DNA of 35,189 bases from a virus, in the UHGV virus genome UHGV-0070883. One strand, written 5' to 3'. The notes under the pieces were generated by a model. It worked only from the letters and a program-made list of their open reading frames with translations, was not told the DNA's origin and ran no database searches. Shown here in pieces: positions 1 to 7,781 of the stretch. Position 1 is the first letter of the stretch, and the number at the start of each line of letters is the position of its first letter. The position numbers were made by a program, and so were the translations under genes.

Positions 1-20
1 GAATCCCTCCCGCTCCGCCA
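1..20 (+). tRNA. Partial tRNA gene, 3' end only (T-loop tail ...GAAT, T-stem 3' strand CCCTC, acceptor 3' strand CCGCTCC, discriminator G, CCA); likely the integration target whose 3' end forms the left attachment core
   Basis: Seen in sequence: gaat|ccctc|ccgctcc|g|cca is an exact fit to the last 20 nt of a tRNA. A stem-loop plus T-run terminator follows immediately, then an integrase gene, the classic tRNA-int arrangement. The 5' part of the tRNA is outside the window. Confidence 0.4.
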
Positions 21-27
21 GTTTTCT

Positions 28-49
28 TTTATTGTGGTTTATGTAAAGC
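28..49 (+). repeat. Direct repeat copy 1 (tttattgtggtttatgtaaagc), candidate integrase arm-type binding site
   Basis: An exact 22-mer repeated at 89-110, in the int-proximal arm between the tRNA end and the int start codon. Confidence 0.5.
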
Positions 50-72
50 CTGATTTTATCAGGCTTTTTTTA
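46..72 (+). terminator. Rho-independent terminator (stem aagcctga / tcaggctt, loop tttta, then a T-run) downstream of the tRNA 3' end
   Basis: Perfect 8-bp stem 46-53/59-66 followed by tttttttatttt. Confidence 0.6.
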
Positions 73-88
73 TTTTCGGGCATTCCAG

Positions 89-110
89 TTTATTGTGGTT
101 TATGTAAAGC
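89..110 (+). repeat. Direct repeat copy 2 (tttattgtggtttatgtaaagc), candidate integrase arm-type binding site
   Basis: An exact copy of 28-49, 61 bp downstream. Confidence 0.5.
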
Positions 111-113
111 TTC

Positions 114-150
114 CTGTACATGGAGCTGTACATGATATAAAAAATGTACA
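114..150 (+). promoter_or_regulatory. Three TGTACA palindromic boxes (114-119, 127-132, 145-150) with TATAAA at 135-140, overlapping the integrase start codon; candidate operator and promoter for int
   Basis: ctgtacatg is directly repeated twice, and a third tgtaca spans the int ATG at 144. Confidence 0.3.
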
Positions 151-1340
151 GCATGGCAGGAATCATCAAGAGAAATAACAAATGGGTTGCCGTCTTCCGA
201 ACCCTGGACGGCAAAGAGATCAGAAAAACAACCCGCGTTGACGTTGTTCCAAAGGTTATTCCTCCCGGCGTCAATAAAAGAGCGTTGCTGTCTCAAAATG
301 AAGCCCGGGCTCGCCTTATTGCTGAAGAACTGGAAAACGGATATAAGACGGGCTTCGTAGACTCGAATCGTCTTAAAGCGATAGCGGGGGGAGATATCCA
401 GTCATTCAGCCTTGGAAGAAAGGTGGTGAGTGTTGGCGCCTATTTGAAGGAATGGCTGCAATCAAGATCGGGTAAGATTCAGGCCTATGAACGGGACCGA
501 AAGGCAATCCAGCAGTTTATTGCCTTTTTAGGAAATGATGGGGGACAATCAATCTCGTCTGTGAACAAAAACGTTGTCAGGGAGTTTTCCGAGGTAGAAA
601 TGGAGCGTGTTTCATCGGGTACAGTATCCAGATACCTTGAATCTCTATCATGTGCTTTTAATCAGGCCGTTGAAAAAGAATTGATTAGCTCAAATCCTTT
701 TAGAGGGGCAAGGCTGGACAAGAAAAAGAAACAGGCTGATAAGCAGGAACGGGGGGCTTTCACTGTAGAAGAAGTCAAAAGGCTTGTAGAGATTTTGCCG
801 GACGAATGGCCGGACATGATAAGGGTTTGTCTTTACACCGGAGGCCAGAGGCTGGGAGATATTGCAACGCTTAAATGGGATCAAGTAAATCTGGAGGGCG
901 GCCTGATCTCCATGACCACCCAGAAAACCAAGCGGCGCATGAACAAGCCCATCATTGGACCTCTGAAAGAGATTTTGAAAGAAAGGGAAAAGTATTCTAT
1001 CAATGAATTCGTATTCCCATTGGCGGCCATGAAACATGCTCAAGCGGGCGGGAAGTCCAGCAAGTTGTCTCTCGAATTTACAGGGCTTTTGAAAAAACAT
1101 GGCATCATTTCCTCGGATGGAATGAAAGCGGAAGGTGATAAGCGTGTTCTATCCGAGAAAAGCTTTCACAGTTTGCGGGCTACAGCAGTAACGATTTTAA
1201 GATTGGCTGGAGTACCTGCGGATTTGTGCCGCTTCATCGTGGGTCATGATTCCGAAGAGATTGAGAGGGTTTATTTCCGCCCTGATTCACAGGATGTGGT
1301 TCACGCCATGGAAGAAATCTCAAGCAAGATTATTTTGTAA
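144..1340 (+). CDS. int: Tyrosine-type site-specific recombinase (phage integrase)
   Basis: 398-aa ORF. The C-terminal catalytic signature HSLR...GHDSEEIERVY matches the tyrosine recombinase H-x-x-R / H / Y motifs, and the N-terminal SAM-like domain is typical of phage integrases. Position next to the tRNA 3' end supports the call. Confidence 0.9.
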   Translation: MYSMAGIIKRNNKWVAVFRTLDGKEIRKTTRVDVVPKVIPPGVNKRALLSQNEARARLIAEELENGYKTGFVDSNRLKAIAGGDIQSFSLGRKVVSVGAYLKEWLQSRSGKIQAYERDRKAIQQFIAFLGNDGGQSISSVNKNVVREFSEVEMERVSSGTVSRYLESLSCAFNQAVEKELISSNPFRGARLDKKKKQADKQERGAFTVEEVKRLVEILPDEWPDMIRVCLYTGGQRLGDIATLKWDQVNLEGGLISMTTQKTKRRMNKPIIGPLKEILKEREKYSINEFVFPLAAMKHAQAGGKSSKLSLEFTGLLKKHGIISSDGMKAEGDKRVLSEKSFHSLRATAVTILRLAGVPADLCRFIVGHDSEEIERVYFRPDSQDVVHAMEEISSKIIL

Positions 1341-1348
1341 TCCCGTCG

Positions 1349-1377
1349 AAAAAAACCGCCCGCGTCTCCAGACGCGG
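1349..1377 (-). terminator. Candidate intrinsic terminator on the - strand (stem cgcgtc/gacgcg with a flanking A-run that becomes a T-run on the - strand)
   Basis: 7-bp GC-rich stem 1360-1366/1371-1377 with loop tcca. The A7 run at 1349-1355 gives U7 after the hairpin for a leftward transcript, for example from the repressor gene. No T-run on the + strand. Confidence 0.3.
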
Positions 1378-1573
1378 ACGGAAAAGAATAAATAGAAAGG
1401 ACGTAGTCAGGAATCTGAATACGTGCCTTTTATATCACATTTTACCCTTTAGGCAATCCTTTTCAGCGTTTCAGGAAACGTCATGACTTGTCATCCGGTG
1501 AACGGGAAATTGATGACAAAACGTCTTACCAGCGTCACAAGACATCAAATCTCATGAAAAACTGGAAATCATA

Positions 1574-1591
1574 CCCCCCCCCCCCCCCCCC
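1574..1591. repeat. Homopolymeric C18 tract (G18 on the other strand) in the int-repressor intergenic region
   Basis: Seen directly: atac + 18 C + ttttgtcgc. It lies just upstream of a putative TTGTCG-16-TAAATA promoter-like element and a small ORF. Confidence 0.9.
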
Positions 1592-1685
1592 TTTTGTCGC
1601 TCTTTTTTTATTAGTAAATATAAATATAACGCTTTAAATATTAGAGCATTAGGAGATAAATTTTCAGCAAGAAAGGGTTACGCCC

Positions 1686-1832
1686 ATGTCAGGTAACGTA
1701 ATGCTTGTGTTTTTCTTGCTGGCCGTTCTGTTCGGGTTCACTTGTTTCCGACTCGGCATTATTGAAGGTTGCCGGAGAACCACGAAAAGGATCTTGGAGA
1801 ATATTTCAAAAGGGATGAAGAAAGGGGAATGA
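1686..1832 (+). CDS. Small hydrophobic protein, 48 aa (MSGNVMLVFFLLAVLFGFTCFRLGIIEGC...), single predicted TM helix
   Basis: ATG-to-TGA ORF below the 60-aa cutoff of the supplied track. It ends 1 nt from the stop of the convergent repressor gene. Confidence 0.25.
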   Translation: MSGNVMLVFFLLAVLFGFTCFRLGIIEGCRRTTKRILENISKGMKKGE

Positions 1833-1833
1833 A

Positions 1834-2244
1834 TCATTCCCCTGCATCTTCCTTCTTATCGTTCTCGCATTCAGATCTTTCTGCTATATATTTATATTGC
1901 TTATCCAGTCCGGTGCAGAGATCTATTACTTTACTTCGGAGATAACTTTCTAAATCTATACCGGGAAAGTTTTTCTGAAACCCTCTGACGATCTCCATTT
2001 CTTCTGGAGAGAAATTCAGGGATGAAAGCAGACTCTCATCACTGGAACATTCTGAAAGCGTAGAAGCTTCAGTAGTGTTTTTCATAAGATTTTGAATCAC
2101 TAAAAGCGCATAAGAGGGAACGCGCCCTCGGGAAGTAAACCAGCCATCAACGGAGACTTTCTCCACTCCGCATTTATCAGCTAGCCAAAATCGGTCTTTT
2201 CCAATTCCTTTAAGCCAGTCTTTGATCTCTTCTTTGGTGGGCAT
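1834..2244 (-). CDS. XRE-family helix-turn-helix transcriptional regulator, probable prophage repressor (CI-like)
   Basis: 136 aa. The N-terminal segment KDRFWLADKCGVEKVSVDGWFTSRGRVPSYALLVI has the helix2-turn-helix3 pattern of XRE/Cro-CI HTH domains. It is transcribed divergently from the early genes, the position expected of a lysogeny repressor. Confidence 0.55.
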   Translation of the reverse strand: MPTKEEIKDWLKGIGKDRFWLADKCGVEKVSVDGWFTSRGRVPSYALLVIQNLMKNTTEASTLSECSSDESLLSSLNFSPEEMEIVRGFQKNFPGIDLESYLRSKVIDLCTGLDKQYKYIAERSECENDKKEDAGE

Positions 2245-2321
2245 GAGGAAAGGATATGCATTTATTACATAATTGCAAGCCTTTTATTGTGAATGAGTAT
2301 GCAATAAGTACAGAATTATTG

Positions 2322-2350
2322 TTGACAATCATGTAGAAATTACATATTTT
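2322..2350 (+). promoter_or_regulatory. Candidate sigma70-like early promoter (TTGACA, 17-nt spacer, TATTTT) with an embedded imperfect palindrome tgtagaaattaca, in the divergent repressor/early-gene control region
   Basis: TTGACA at 2322-2327, followed by a 17-nt spacer. It sits in the 135-bp gap between the divergently transcribed regulators. Confidence 0.3.
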
Positions 2351-2379
2351 TAACCACGTAAAGCAACGCTACAAAAAAC

Positions 2380-2595
2380 ATGATCGACGTATCATCATCT
2401 CTTAATCCGGACTTCTCCTTGCCTCCCTCAATCATGGCAACTGTCAGACGATTAGCCAAAGCTTCAGGAAAAACGGAAGAAGTTTTTTTGAGGCAATATC
2501 TCATAGAATGCATGAAAGAAGAAAATGAGGCATTGGAGAATTATAACAATTCTAACAAAACGCAACTGAAGAACCCCGAACCCGCCAAGCGATAA
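2380..2595 (+). CDS. Small DNA-binding protein, ribbon-helix-helix (Arc/CopG/antitoxin-like), probable Cro-like early regulator
   Basis: 71 aa. MATVRRLAKASGKTEEVFLRQYLIECMKEENEALE fits a beta-strand/helix/helix RHH fold. It is the first gene of the rightward early operon. Confidence 0.45.
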   Translation: MIDVSSSLNPDFSLPPSIMATVRRLAKASGKTEEVFLRQYLIECMKEENEALENYNNSNKTQLKNPEPAKR

Positions 2596-2597
2596 TC

Positions 2598-2846
2598 ATG
2601 ACCGCAAAACAAAAAGCAGAGATAATAAGAATACAGGATGATCTTTTTGTCATTCTCTCAAAACTGGAAACAATCTTCGAGGAAGAAAAAAAATATGAAG
2701 CTAGCGTTCCTTTGGACCAGTTCTATTTTTACATGAATTCCAGTTTCAGACTACAGGAGGCGATAGATCTCATAAGATCAGGTAAAAGCGCTCTTGGTGC
2801 TGCCGTTAGGGCATCCATCATCAACGAGGGGGAGGCGAAGAAGTGA
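2598..2846 (+). CDS. Hypothetical protein (82 aa)
   Basis: ORF abutting the neighbouring genes in the AT-rich early region. Confidence 0.5.
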   Translation: MTAKQKAEIIRIQDDLFVILSKLETIFEEEKKYEASVPLDQFYFYMNSSFRLQEAIDLIRSGKSALGAAVRASIINEGEAKK

Positions 2847-3166
2847 AAGCTCTGTTCGTCCTCGTCTTGTCCGGGCTTGTTCTTTCAGGTTGCGATCAGG
2901 GTTCCGAGCCTCAACAAGCCGATAATCAGGGAAAAACCCCTAAAAAAGAGACACCAACATGGGAATTTAAAATTGAACAGAACGGCATTCCCGATGCTGT
3001 TTTTACAACGGGATATGCAAACTGTGTTGAGGCGTTCAGGATGGGAGCGAGGGCAGATGTTCCAATATATGGGTATGTGATTTATAAGCCGGATGGAGGA
3101 CAAATCATCGTGTCAGGAACGACGAGAATCACCAGGACGAAGGTTAAAAATAATAACGAGTTATGA
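2843..3166 (+). CDS. Putative lipoprotein (107 aa)
   Basis: The N-terminus MKALFVLVLSGLVLSGC has a signal peptide and a lipobox-like LSGC. ATGA overlap with the upstream gene. Confidence 0.55.
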   Translation: MKALFVLVLSGLVLSGCDQGSEPQQADNQGKTPKKETPTWEFKIEQNGIPDAVFTTGYANCVEAFRMGARADVPIYGYVIYKPDGGQIIVSGTTRITRTKVKNNNEL

Positions 3167-3268
3167 ATGGTGACGTGCTTCTAATTCTTCTGGGCGGCAT
3201 TATCGTTTTTTTGATGCTTATCATATCAAATTTAGATGGACGTTAAACAATAAACCAATATAAAGAAA

Positions 3269-3607
3269 ATGGATTTACCTCACGAATTAAAAGAAATTCC
3301 TTATAGGAATCGGCATCATTTTGCGTTGGTTAACAATGTTGACGGGATATTTCCAGGCCAAATTGTCAGACACAAAAGAACTAAAAAACTATTAGGATCG
3401 GTCGGAAAAATAAAAGGGGATCAGATATCGATAGGTCATGTTTGTCCTGATTGGCATAACGCTTGGTACAGTACAGATGATCTTGAACCAGCTTTTCCGG
3501 GAGAATGCTGCGGTCTGTGGACATGGCACCAAGACGAACCTAAGTTAAATAAAGGAGATATTTCTTTCCATAGCTGGATGGTAAATCAAATTGTAGGGGA
3601 AAACTAA
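3269..3607 (+). CDS. Hypothetical protein (112 aa)
   Basis: ORF in the early region with no motif I can name. Confidence 0.5.
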   Translation: MDLPHELKEIPYRNRHHFALVNNVDGIFPGQIVRHKRTKKLLGSVGKIKGDQISIGHVCPDWHNAWYSTDDLEPAFPGECCGLWTWHQDEPKLNKGDISFHSWMVNQIVGEN

Positions 3608-3609
3608 TT

Positions 3610-3918
3610 ATGACTAAAGAACAATCAACAGAAATTGAAGTTATCATGGATAAGAATAAAAGCATAGTCGACCTGCTCATTGAGCTGGATAAAGTTCTTA
3701 AAGTCGAAACTCGCAAGGATGCCTCTCCGTATTACTTGTCTTCCGACTCCGAAGATAAGATTTTTCGAGCGAAATACGCAGGGGCAATTTACATAGCCCG
3801 GCGTCTGATTGGGTTGAGCCTTGAATGTAAACCCGGCGCATTATTTCCCTCCGAGCCGGTAGACGAGTTTTCCGACCTGGTGATTAAATCTCAACCCTCC
3901 GAAAACAATGACCATTGA
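3610..3918 (+). CDS. Hypothetical protein (102 aa)
   Basis: ORF starts 2 nt after the previous stop, in the same operon. Confidence 0.5.
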   Translation: MTKEQSTEIEVIMDKNKSIVDLLIELDKVLKVETRKDASPYYLSSDSEDKIFRAKYAGAIYIARRLIGLSLECKPGALFPSEPVDEFSDLVIKSQPSENNDH

Positions 3919-4075
3919 ATACGACGACGAAGACCGGTGCATCCGGGTGGACGGCGAACCTATTTCCTACGGCGTCGCGGTTGGACTCCTGGAGCAGATA
4001 GAGCAGGCCATTGACGAGTGGGATTTTGACCACGCTCCCCAATGCTACAACCCGGACGGACACTACGACGACTAA
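3908..4075 (+). CDS. Small hypothetical acidic protein (55 aa), start overlapping the upstream stop
   Basis: ATG at 3908 lies inside the last codons of the upstream gene (11-nt overlap). Below the track's size cutoff. Confidence 0.3.
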   Translation: MTIEYDDEDRCIRVDGEPISYGVAVGLLEQIEQAIDEWDFDHAPQCYNPDGHYDD

Positions 4076-4220
4076 ACGAATTTTAACCAATCGCCCGGCC
4101 CAGGTGGGGCCTAAAACCAAAACACAAATCGAAAAAACGGTAGATAGAGAAATACGGTCTGGCAGGCGCGGGGATTAAATCCCGTCCGGGCGGCCATTTA
4201 ACAATCAACAGAAGCTAAAT

Positions 4221-4592
4221 ATGGGCAATTACACAAAAACAATGTTGTGCTTAAAAAGGGCCTTGGACGCACAAGCGGACACAATCAAGACACTTTCCCA
4301 GGCATTGGATGAGTTGGCGAGAAACCCGGATCTGGAATCTCCTGAAAAGGCTCCAACTCATTCATCCGATGCCGATGAAGTGAAGTATGCCCGGGCTTCC
4401 ACTCTGGCCAAAAGATTCAATTTCAAAACTGAACAAGGCATCATTCCCATTCTTCAGCGCGGAGTGAAAGAAGGAGCCATCAAGAAGTTAGGAGGGCCTG
4501 GCAACAGTAAAAATCGCGGAGCTATAACTACTTTCCTGGTGTCCGATGTAGATGCCTATATGGAAAAAATAAGAGGAATCCAAAAATCATGA
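4221..4592 (+). CDS. Hypothetical protein (123 aa)
   Basis: ORF ending in an ATGA overlap with the next gene. Confidence 0.5.
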   Translation: MGNYTKTMLCLKRALDAQADTIKTLSQALDELARNPDLESPEKAPTHSSDADEVKYARASTLAKRFNFKTEQGIIPILQRGVKEGAIKKLGGPGNSKNRGAITTFLVSDVDAYMEKIRGIQKS

Positions 4593-4969
4593 CTACGTAT
4601 CAACACCTGATCGACCGGGGCCCCTTCAAGGGGATGGTGGAAACGATCACCAACAACCCGCACCCCGCAAAGACGACGCGCTGCTACATGTGCGCGGCAC
4701 CGCTGAAAGCCTCGACATCATGGATGTCCCTGGTAGGAGACCATCAGGACGGCGTCTTCACCGCGCGCTTTCTGTGCCCGTTATGCGCCAGGGAACGCCT
4801 CAACGGCATCCCGGACGAAGCGGAGCGCTGCTGGAACTATACCCAAGCCGCCCAATCAGGGCCCCGGATTACCAAAATCCTCGCTTACCTGATTTTCTGG
4901 TGTGGACTGGTTACTGCCGGAGGAACATTCCTCTTCTTAATTTTCCTCCTGCTCAAAAACCTTTTTTAA
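4589..4969 (+). CDS. Zinc-ribbon (CxxC...CxxC) protein with a C-terminal transmembrane helix (126 aa)
   Basis: CYMC and CPLC motifs, plus a hydrophobic C-terminus ILAYLIFWCGLVTAGGTFLFLIFLLL. Confidence 0.5.
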   Translation: MTTYQHLIDRGPFKGMVETITNNPHPAKTTRCYMCAAPLKASTSWMSLVGDHQDGVFTARFLCPLCARERLNGIPDEAERCWNYTQAAQSGPRITKILAYLIFWCGLVTAGGTFLFLIFLLLKNLF

Positions 4970-4990
4970 CTGATTAACTAAATAAATAAA

Positions 4991-5593
4991 ATGGAATTTA
5001 AAGATTGCACTGTTGGAACTAAAGTACACCTCGGGGGAGAAATCGTTGATATATCAAACGATAAAAAAGCCGTATTGATTAAGTGGGAAAACGGGAAGGA
5101 ATTCTACATCGGCATTGACTTACTTGAACGAGATTTTAATCAATACGACCCGAAGAGGAAATTCCGAAAGGGCGATATCGTCAAGCCCGATTACAAGGGG
5201 AGGAAATGGGAAGGCATGCTTCCCGAAGAAATAGAATATGAAGTTCTGGAAGATGAAGATGACGAGGGACTGGTACTCATTAAAATAGACAAAAGTATTG
5301 ACCCGACCGGAGAAGGGATTGTGTCTTTTTCAAGATTGGTCTTGATTAAACCAGTAGAAGAAATTGAGAAGAATAATCTCTATTATATTGAAGAAACAGA
5401 AATTAGTTTTGATGTCATCCGTAAAGGTATTGAAAGAGATTTATTAGTCTATTCCATTTCTTTAAGAAACGGCAACGGAGTAAGCAGAGACGAAGCTAAA
5501 AAGAAAGCTGAAGAGCTTTGCGACGAAAAGAATCGCATCTGGAAGGAATGGCTAATACAAGCGAGAAAAAATAGCCGGGTCAGCGGCAACTGA
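4991..5593 (+). CDS. Hypothetical protein (200 aa), acidic
   Basis: ORF, AT-rich, followed by a weak stem-loop spanning 5574-5600. Confidence 0.5.
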   Translation: MEFKDCTVGTKVHLGGEIVDISNDKKAVLIKWENGKEFYIGIDLLERDFNQYDPKRKFRKGDIVKPDYKGRKWEGMLPEEIEYEVLEDEDDEGLVLIKIDKSIDPTGEGIVSFSRLVLIKPVEEIEKNNLYYIEETEISFDVIRKGIERDLLVYSISLRNGNGVSRDEAKKKAEELCDEKNRIWKEWLIQARKNSRVSGN

Positions 5594-5628
5594 ACCCGGC
5601 CTGTTAAACAATAACATATTAAAATAAT

Positions 5629-6396
5629 ATGAATAAGAATAACAACGTAAACACAACTAACACAGAAGACCAAGCCAATCAAGCCCCATGTGCGTCCAAG
5701 CCGATCGCCCCCATGCTGGTGGAATTGGCGGAAAGGATGGGAGTCAACCCCTCCCAGGCATACATGACCATTAAAGCGACCATTGCGCCCAAAGCCACCA
5801 ATGAGGAACTCATGGCCTTTTGCGTCGTCGCCAACCAATACAAACTGAATCCCTTCCTCAAAGAAATTTACGCGTTCCCAGGAAAAAACGGGGGGATAGT
5901 GCCTATTGTCGGCATCGACGGATGGCTGAAACTGATCAACACGCATCCGAAATTTGACGGCATGGACGTGGAAATGAGCGGTGACGGGGAGTCATGCACT
6001 TGCCGAATCTACCGAAAAGACAACCAACACCCGACTGTCATCACGGAATACTTGACCGAATGCAAGAAGAACACGGATCCGTGGCGTCAATGGCCGCGGC
6101 GTATGCTGCGCCACAAAGCCATCATGCAGTGTGGCCGCGTGGCCTTTGGATTCGGAGGCATCTATGACGAAGACGAAGGGAAAGACGTCGCCGGAGGAAT
6201 GAGAAATGCAACGCCGGAAAAAACAGACGGCCCACCCGAAGGGGAAACTCCGTGGAACAACGCTCCGTCCCCTGAAGAATTCCGTGAAGAACCCCGGGAG
6301 GCCCTGCCGGAACCTGAACAGCAGGGCGACTTTATTCCGGGCCTGGAAATTCCGGCCGCGAAAGAATACGCAACCGCCAACATGGAGGACTATTGA
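5629..6396 (+). CDS. recT: RecT-family single-strand annealing protein (phage recombinase)
   Basis: 255 aa. Conserved RecT-like blocks LNPFLKEIYAFP, GIDGWLKL and RMLRHKAIMQCGRVAFG, as remembered for the RecT/Redbeta-like family. It pairs with the downstream YqaJ exonuclease. Confidence 0.8.
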   Translation: MNKNNNVNTTNTEDQANQAPCASKPIAPMLVELAERMGVNPSQAYMTIKATIAPKATNEELMAFCVVANQYKLNPFLKEIYAFPGKNGGIVPIVGIDGWLKLINTHPKFDGMDVEMSGDGESCTCRIYRKDNQHPTVITEYLTECKKNTDPWRQWPRRMLRHKAIMQCGRVAFGFGGIYDEDEGKDVAGGMRNATPEKTDGPPEGETPWNNAPSPEEFREEPREALPEPEQQGDFIPGLEIPAAKEYATANMEDY

Positions 6397-6397
6397 A

Positions 6398-7087
6398 ATG
6401 AGCCTGTCCAAGAACTGCATTGTCTACGAAAACATCTACCAGCGGTCGGAAGCCTGGTTTAAGCTGCGTGCCGGCCGTCTGACCGCGAGCAACTTTAAGC
6501 GGCTGCTGACGCCCACGGGCAAGAAACCACAGCCCAGAACGCACCAGGAAAGGGGCCCTTGGGGAGAACTCATCATTGATCTGTGCTGCTCCTTCCTGCG
6601 GCCCGATGAAATCAAGTGGGAAGGCAACCGTCATACGGACCAGGGAGAAGAACTGGAACCGGAAGCCCGGGACGAATTCAGAACCATCACGGGAATGACC
6701 GTCAAGGAAGTGGGGTTCGTTCTCTGCCAGGACGGACCGGTGGGATGCAGCCCCGACGGGCTCATCGTTGACCAGTCCGGCGACTACATGGCGGGACTTG
6801 AAATCAAGTGTCCTCTCTCTAAGACTCACGCCCTCTACCTGCTCAATGGCGTTCTGCCTCCCGAATATCGACCCCAGGTTCACGGATCCATGGCGGTGAC
6901 GGGGTTGCGGACCTGGTATTTCTTTTCCTACTGCCGAGGCTTGCGCCCCTTTTTGCTCAAAGTGGATTGGGACGAATACACCGAGCGAATCAACGAGACG
7001 CTGAACGAATTTAAGAGGGAATACCGTGATCAATTTGATGTAATCATGCCTCAAATCCGCCCGGAAATAGAAGGGAGGGCGGCATGA
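6398..7087 (+). CDS. YqaJ-like viral recombinase-associated exonuclease (lambda Exo/PD-(D/E)xK fold)
   Basis: 229 aa from the ATG at 6398. The N-terminal SEAWFKLRAGRLTASNF is the hallmark YqaJ motif, and GCSPDG...LEIKCP gives the PD...E-x-K catalytic core. It starts 2 nt after the recT stop. The 293-aa track ORF from 6206 overlaps recT and is rejected. Confidence 0.8.
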   Translation: MSLSKNCIVYENIYQRSEAWFKLRAGRLTASNFKRLLTPTGKKPQPRTHQERGPWGELIIDLCCSFLRPDEIKWEGNRHTDQGEELEPEARDEFRTITGMTVKEVGFVLCQDGPVGCSPDGLIVDQSGDYMAGLEIKCPLSKTHALYLLNGVLPPEYRPQVHGSMAVTGLRTWYFFSYCRGLRPFLLKVDWDEYTERINETLNEFKREYRDQFDVIMPQIRPEIEGRAA

Positions 7088-7428
7088 GAACTCGAGCAAA
7101 AGCGATCCACCGCCCCGGCGTGATGAATAAAACAGAAGCCGCCTATGGATTTCACCTTTCTAATCTTCAAGCCAAGGGAGAGATAAGGGAATTCAAGTTT
7201 GAGGCCGTCAAACTGATCCTTGGGAGCCGATGCTCCTACACGCCCGATTTCATGGTTGTCCGTCCTGACGGCACCCTTGAATTCCACGAAGTGAAAGGCT
7301 TCTGGCGTGACGATGCCCGGGTAAAAATCAAGGCGGCGGCTGATAAGTTCCCCTTTGTTTTTGTAGCTGTTCAAAAAACGAAAACAGGCTGGAACGTGGA
7401 AATCATACAAGAAGGAGAATCGAAATGA
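7084..7428 (+). CDS. PD-(D/E)xK nuclease-fold protein (DUF1064-like; possible Holliday-junction resolvase or recombination nuclease)
   Basis: 114 aa. SYTPDFMVVRPDGTLEFHEVKG matches a PD-x(n)-E-V-K catalytic signature. ATGA overlap with the exonuclease gene. Confidence 0.45.
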   Translation: MRTRAKAIHRPGVMNKTEAAYGFHLSNLQAKGEIREFKFEAVKLILGSRCSYTPDFMVVRPDGTLEFHEVKGFWRDDARVKIKAAADKFPFVFVAVQKTKTGWNVEIIQEGESK

Positions 7429-7781
7429 AAACGCTTAAATGTCCATTATGCGGAGAAGAATTAGCGCCGTCTGTACAAAGATACGGATTTGAATACGTTT
7501 GCTGGAAGTGCAAATGGCAAACCGCTTCACTCTGCTCCACCGAGCAAGGAGCGAAAAAAGCAGCTCAAAAACTAATCTCCAAGTTCCCACCCATCATGCG
7601 GTTAAATCAAGGTGATAACGTCCTGATATGGCTAAGGGATGACATATATACAGTGCTTGGTACGGATTTAGAAGCTGGAAAAATCCATCTCCAAGACGTG
7701 TATGGTGATGCAGATAGTTACTATCCTACCAACATCAAAAAATGGCCGTGGGAATTCGAACAGAAAGGAGGGGATGAATAA
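7425..7781 (+). CDS. Zinc-finger hypothetical protein (118 aa; CPLC...CWKC)
   Basis: ORF with two CxxC pairs near the N-terminus. Confidence 0.5.
   Translation: MKTLKCPLCGEELAPSVQRYGFEYVCWKCKWQTASLCSTEQGAKKAAQKLISKFPPIMRLNQGDNVLIWLRDDIYTVLGTDLEAGKIHLQDVYGDADSYYPTNIKKWPWEFEQKGGDE

Noticed and set aside
4076-4220. Possible tRNA or structured ncRNA in the 145-bp gap (GGGAT-TAA-ATCCC hairpin, GC-rich flanks).
   Set aside because: Only a 5-bp stem with a 3-nt loop could be drawn. No T-loop, anticodon arm or acceptor pairing was found. Probably a small terminator or spacer hairpin.
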